A stretch of DNA of 60,018 nt, counting the filler, from Gonapodya sp. JEL0774 (Eukaryota): the NCBI GenBank assembly GCA_027604505.1. It is 12 parts of 12 records of this genome, joined end to end, with 100 filler letters (N's around TTAATTAATTAA, not from the genome) between each part and the next. Parts side by side here need not be neighbours in the genome. Positions count along the whole stretch, not along the records: positions 55,132 to 60,018 come from JADIIX010000834.1; 11 more parts are not named here. The stretch is one strand, 5' to 3'. Made by a program: the position numbers and the translations under genes. The notes beneath the pieces were generated by a model. It ran no database searches and had not been told where the DNA came from. It worked only from the letters and a program-made list of their open reading frames with translations. The stretch's first letter is position 1. Each line of letters begins with the position of its first letter. Positions 58,559 to 60,018 of the stretch are shown here, piece after piece.

Positions 58559-59726
58559 ATATCAACCGCCGAAACTACTCTACTACAGTTCACATTGTAT
58601 CTGGTAGGAACATTAACAAACAAACAGATTATGTACACCAAAATGTCTCTTCTTCAAGAGCAAAGACGTCCCGATCTTCTGCGTGTGAAGCCATACTCGG
58701 CAAGTGTCTCGATCACGTCAGCACGGAGCCACTTTTCCGTCAGTCAGAGAAGTTTACGCAGACACCCACTGAAATCTGCACCTGTATCAAGTAGAAGTAG
58801 AACCATCTCAACGTGGTTATTCTCAAGTGCCTGGCGCAGGGCCTCTTGAGTCCGCAGTCCGCTGAGCTCGATTGATCCTTGAGCAAGCAACAACTCCACG
58901 ACAGCATTATGTCCATTAGTGCACGCTACCCAGATACCTTCCTCGAGGAATCCGCAATTGCGTTCGATGAGGAATGCAACAACGTCTCACGTGCCCTTTG
59001 AAAGAAGCGACCCTCATCGCCGCCCCGCCGATTGTGCTCAGCTGTACCCCGCTCTCCATCAACAGCTTCGCCACATCGACGTGTCCATAAAAGCAGGCTA
59101 CCTGCAAGGGGTACCCGTCCAAGCGGACATTGTGCCGTTGGTCATGAGCGACTTCCGCTTCTGCGTGGTTGAGGTAGGTGATTATCGCGCCCCTCCAGTG
59201 GTACTCCACCCATGGACGTGGACGGCGAGCCGGCAAGTGAGGGTTCGACGGACGTACGCCAGCGCCGGCAGCGAGCAACAGCCGAACACGTTCCGTGTCA
59301 CCGAAGCAACACACTTGGAGGCAAGCTATCGCGCAGGATCGCCAGCGGTCGCGTTCGCAGCGATCGATGAGAGCTTGCATCACCGTGGTATCATCTGTGT
59401 GTCGAAAACATTCCATCAGGAGGGCCTCAGATGGGCTTGCTGAACAGCCCGATGGCTCGACGAGCAACGTCCGCCGGGTTTCCCAACGTCTCCCGAAGCC
59501 GTTTACTGAGAGCCCGCTAAGGAAGACCAAAAGGGTAATCTTTTCAATAACCGCCGACAAGTTGCTGTATTTCGGGGGGAAGGGAGGTGAAAGGGAAGGG
59601 GACGGCCGAGACGTGTCGAGCAGCTGGTCTGGGGCCGGCAACACGTGGGCGGCGAGATCGGGGAGGCCCTGGCATGTATTTCTTAGATGTTGGTGGAGGG
59701 AAGCGAGAATGCGGTACTCGATGCGA
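58559..59726 (-). repeat. Right arm of the inverted duplication
   Basis: Reverse-complement match to 55132-56292, including the non-coding flanks. Confidence 0.9.
58744..59675 (-). pseudogene. F-box-like/ankyrin paralog copy 2, pseudogenised
   Basis: MPGPPRSRR...FPFTSLPPEIQQLVGGY* has TGA at 59544 where copy 1 has TGG. A second stop follows shortly after, then frameshifts; ankyrin repeats remain recognisable (ACFYGHVDVAKLLM). Confidence 0.85.
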
Positions 59727-59855
59727 GAGGTGCGATAGTGTGACGAATGTTTTGTGACGGGACTGTGGAGGATGTAGGAGTACACGCCGACCATGACCGT
59801 CGTTCAAACAATCAAACAATCGCTTTCCCTTCTTCCTTCTCGCAAAAACCGAAAA

Positions 59856-60018
59856 ATGCCTCCCCGAAATCGCCGCCAGCGGGTTGCCAGTCCTCCCCGT
59901 TCCGATCCGTGTCCCGCCAGTCCAATTACGGAACCTTCCCAGTCCTTCCCATTCACCTCTCTCCCGCCCGAAATCCAACAATACGTCGGCCGATACTGGT
60001 ACAGTGTGCCTTTTGGCC
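59856..60018 (+). CDS. F-box-like/ankyrin paralog copy 3, 5' part
   Basis: MPPRNRRQRVASPPRS...SFPFTSLPPEIQQYVGRYWYSVPFG is open to the window end. Confidence 0.8.
   Translation, partial: MPPRNRRQRVASPPRSDPCPASPITEPSQSFPFTSLPPEIQQYVGRYWYSVPFG

Overview
This window is not one locus. It is 12 separate eukaryotic contigs (1-4927, 5028-9953, 10054-14973, 15074-19993, 20094-25007, 25108-30020, 30121-35030, 35131-40035, 40136-45039, 45140-50038, 50139-55031, 55132-60018). They are joined by artificial 100-nt spacers (N44-TTAATTAATTAA-N44) and ordered by non-increasing length (4927 to 4887 bp), so adjacency across spacers has no biological meaning. The content is an intron-dense fungal genome. Chitin synthase, a TPR resembling animal-type Mps1, a lysosomal/Golgi-type GH38 and the F-box/ankyrin families suggest an early-diverging zoosporic fungus; Gonapodya-like is my tentative inference. 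Recognisable genes are two SDRs, two C2H2 factors, a CYP450, a Rad5/16-like SNF2, a Det1-like phosphatase, a division-2 chitin synthase, TMA7, an ACS-family MFS permease, an F-box protein, EMC5, TRP4, two PAQRs, a TM-SH3 protein, an NDE-type NADH dehydrogenase, an ankyrin protein, GH38, SNRNP40, a P4-ATPase and QCR6. No tRNA, rRNA, CRISPR array or autonomous transposon was seen, and I cannot claim a confirmed new system. The best leads are: (1) a probable U2-type AT-AA intron at the CYP I-helix; (2) a per-exon/per-intron C-rich/G-rich oscillation locked to splice sites; (3) four intronless F-box-like/ankyrin paralogs with a hypervariable insert, two forming an inverted repeat around QCR6; (4) a hairpin-dense element in a long intron; (5) tandem modular Cys-rich secreted genes with a cryptic repeat behind a shared TGA; (6) a C2H2 factor whose coding frame lacks an obvious AUG; (7) 3-nt and 5-nt microexons. 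Exon boundaries were read by eye.
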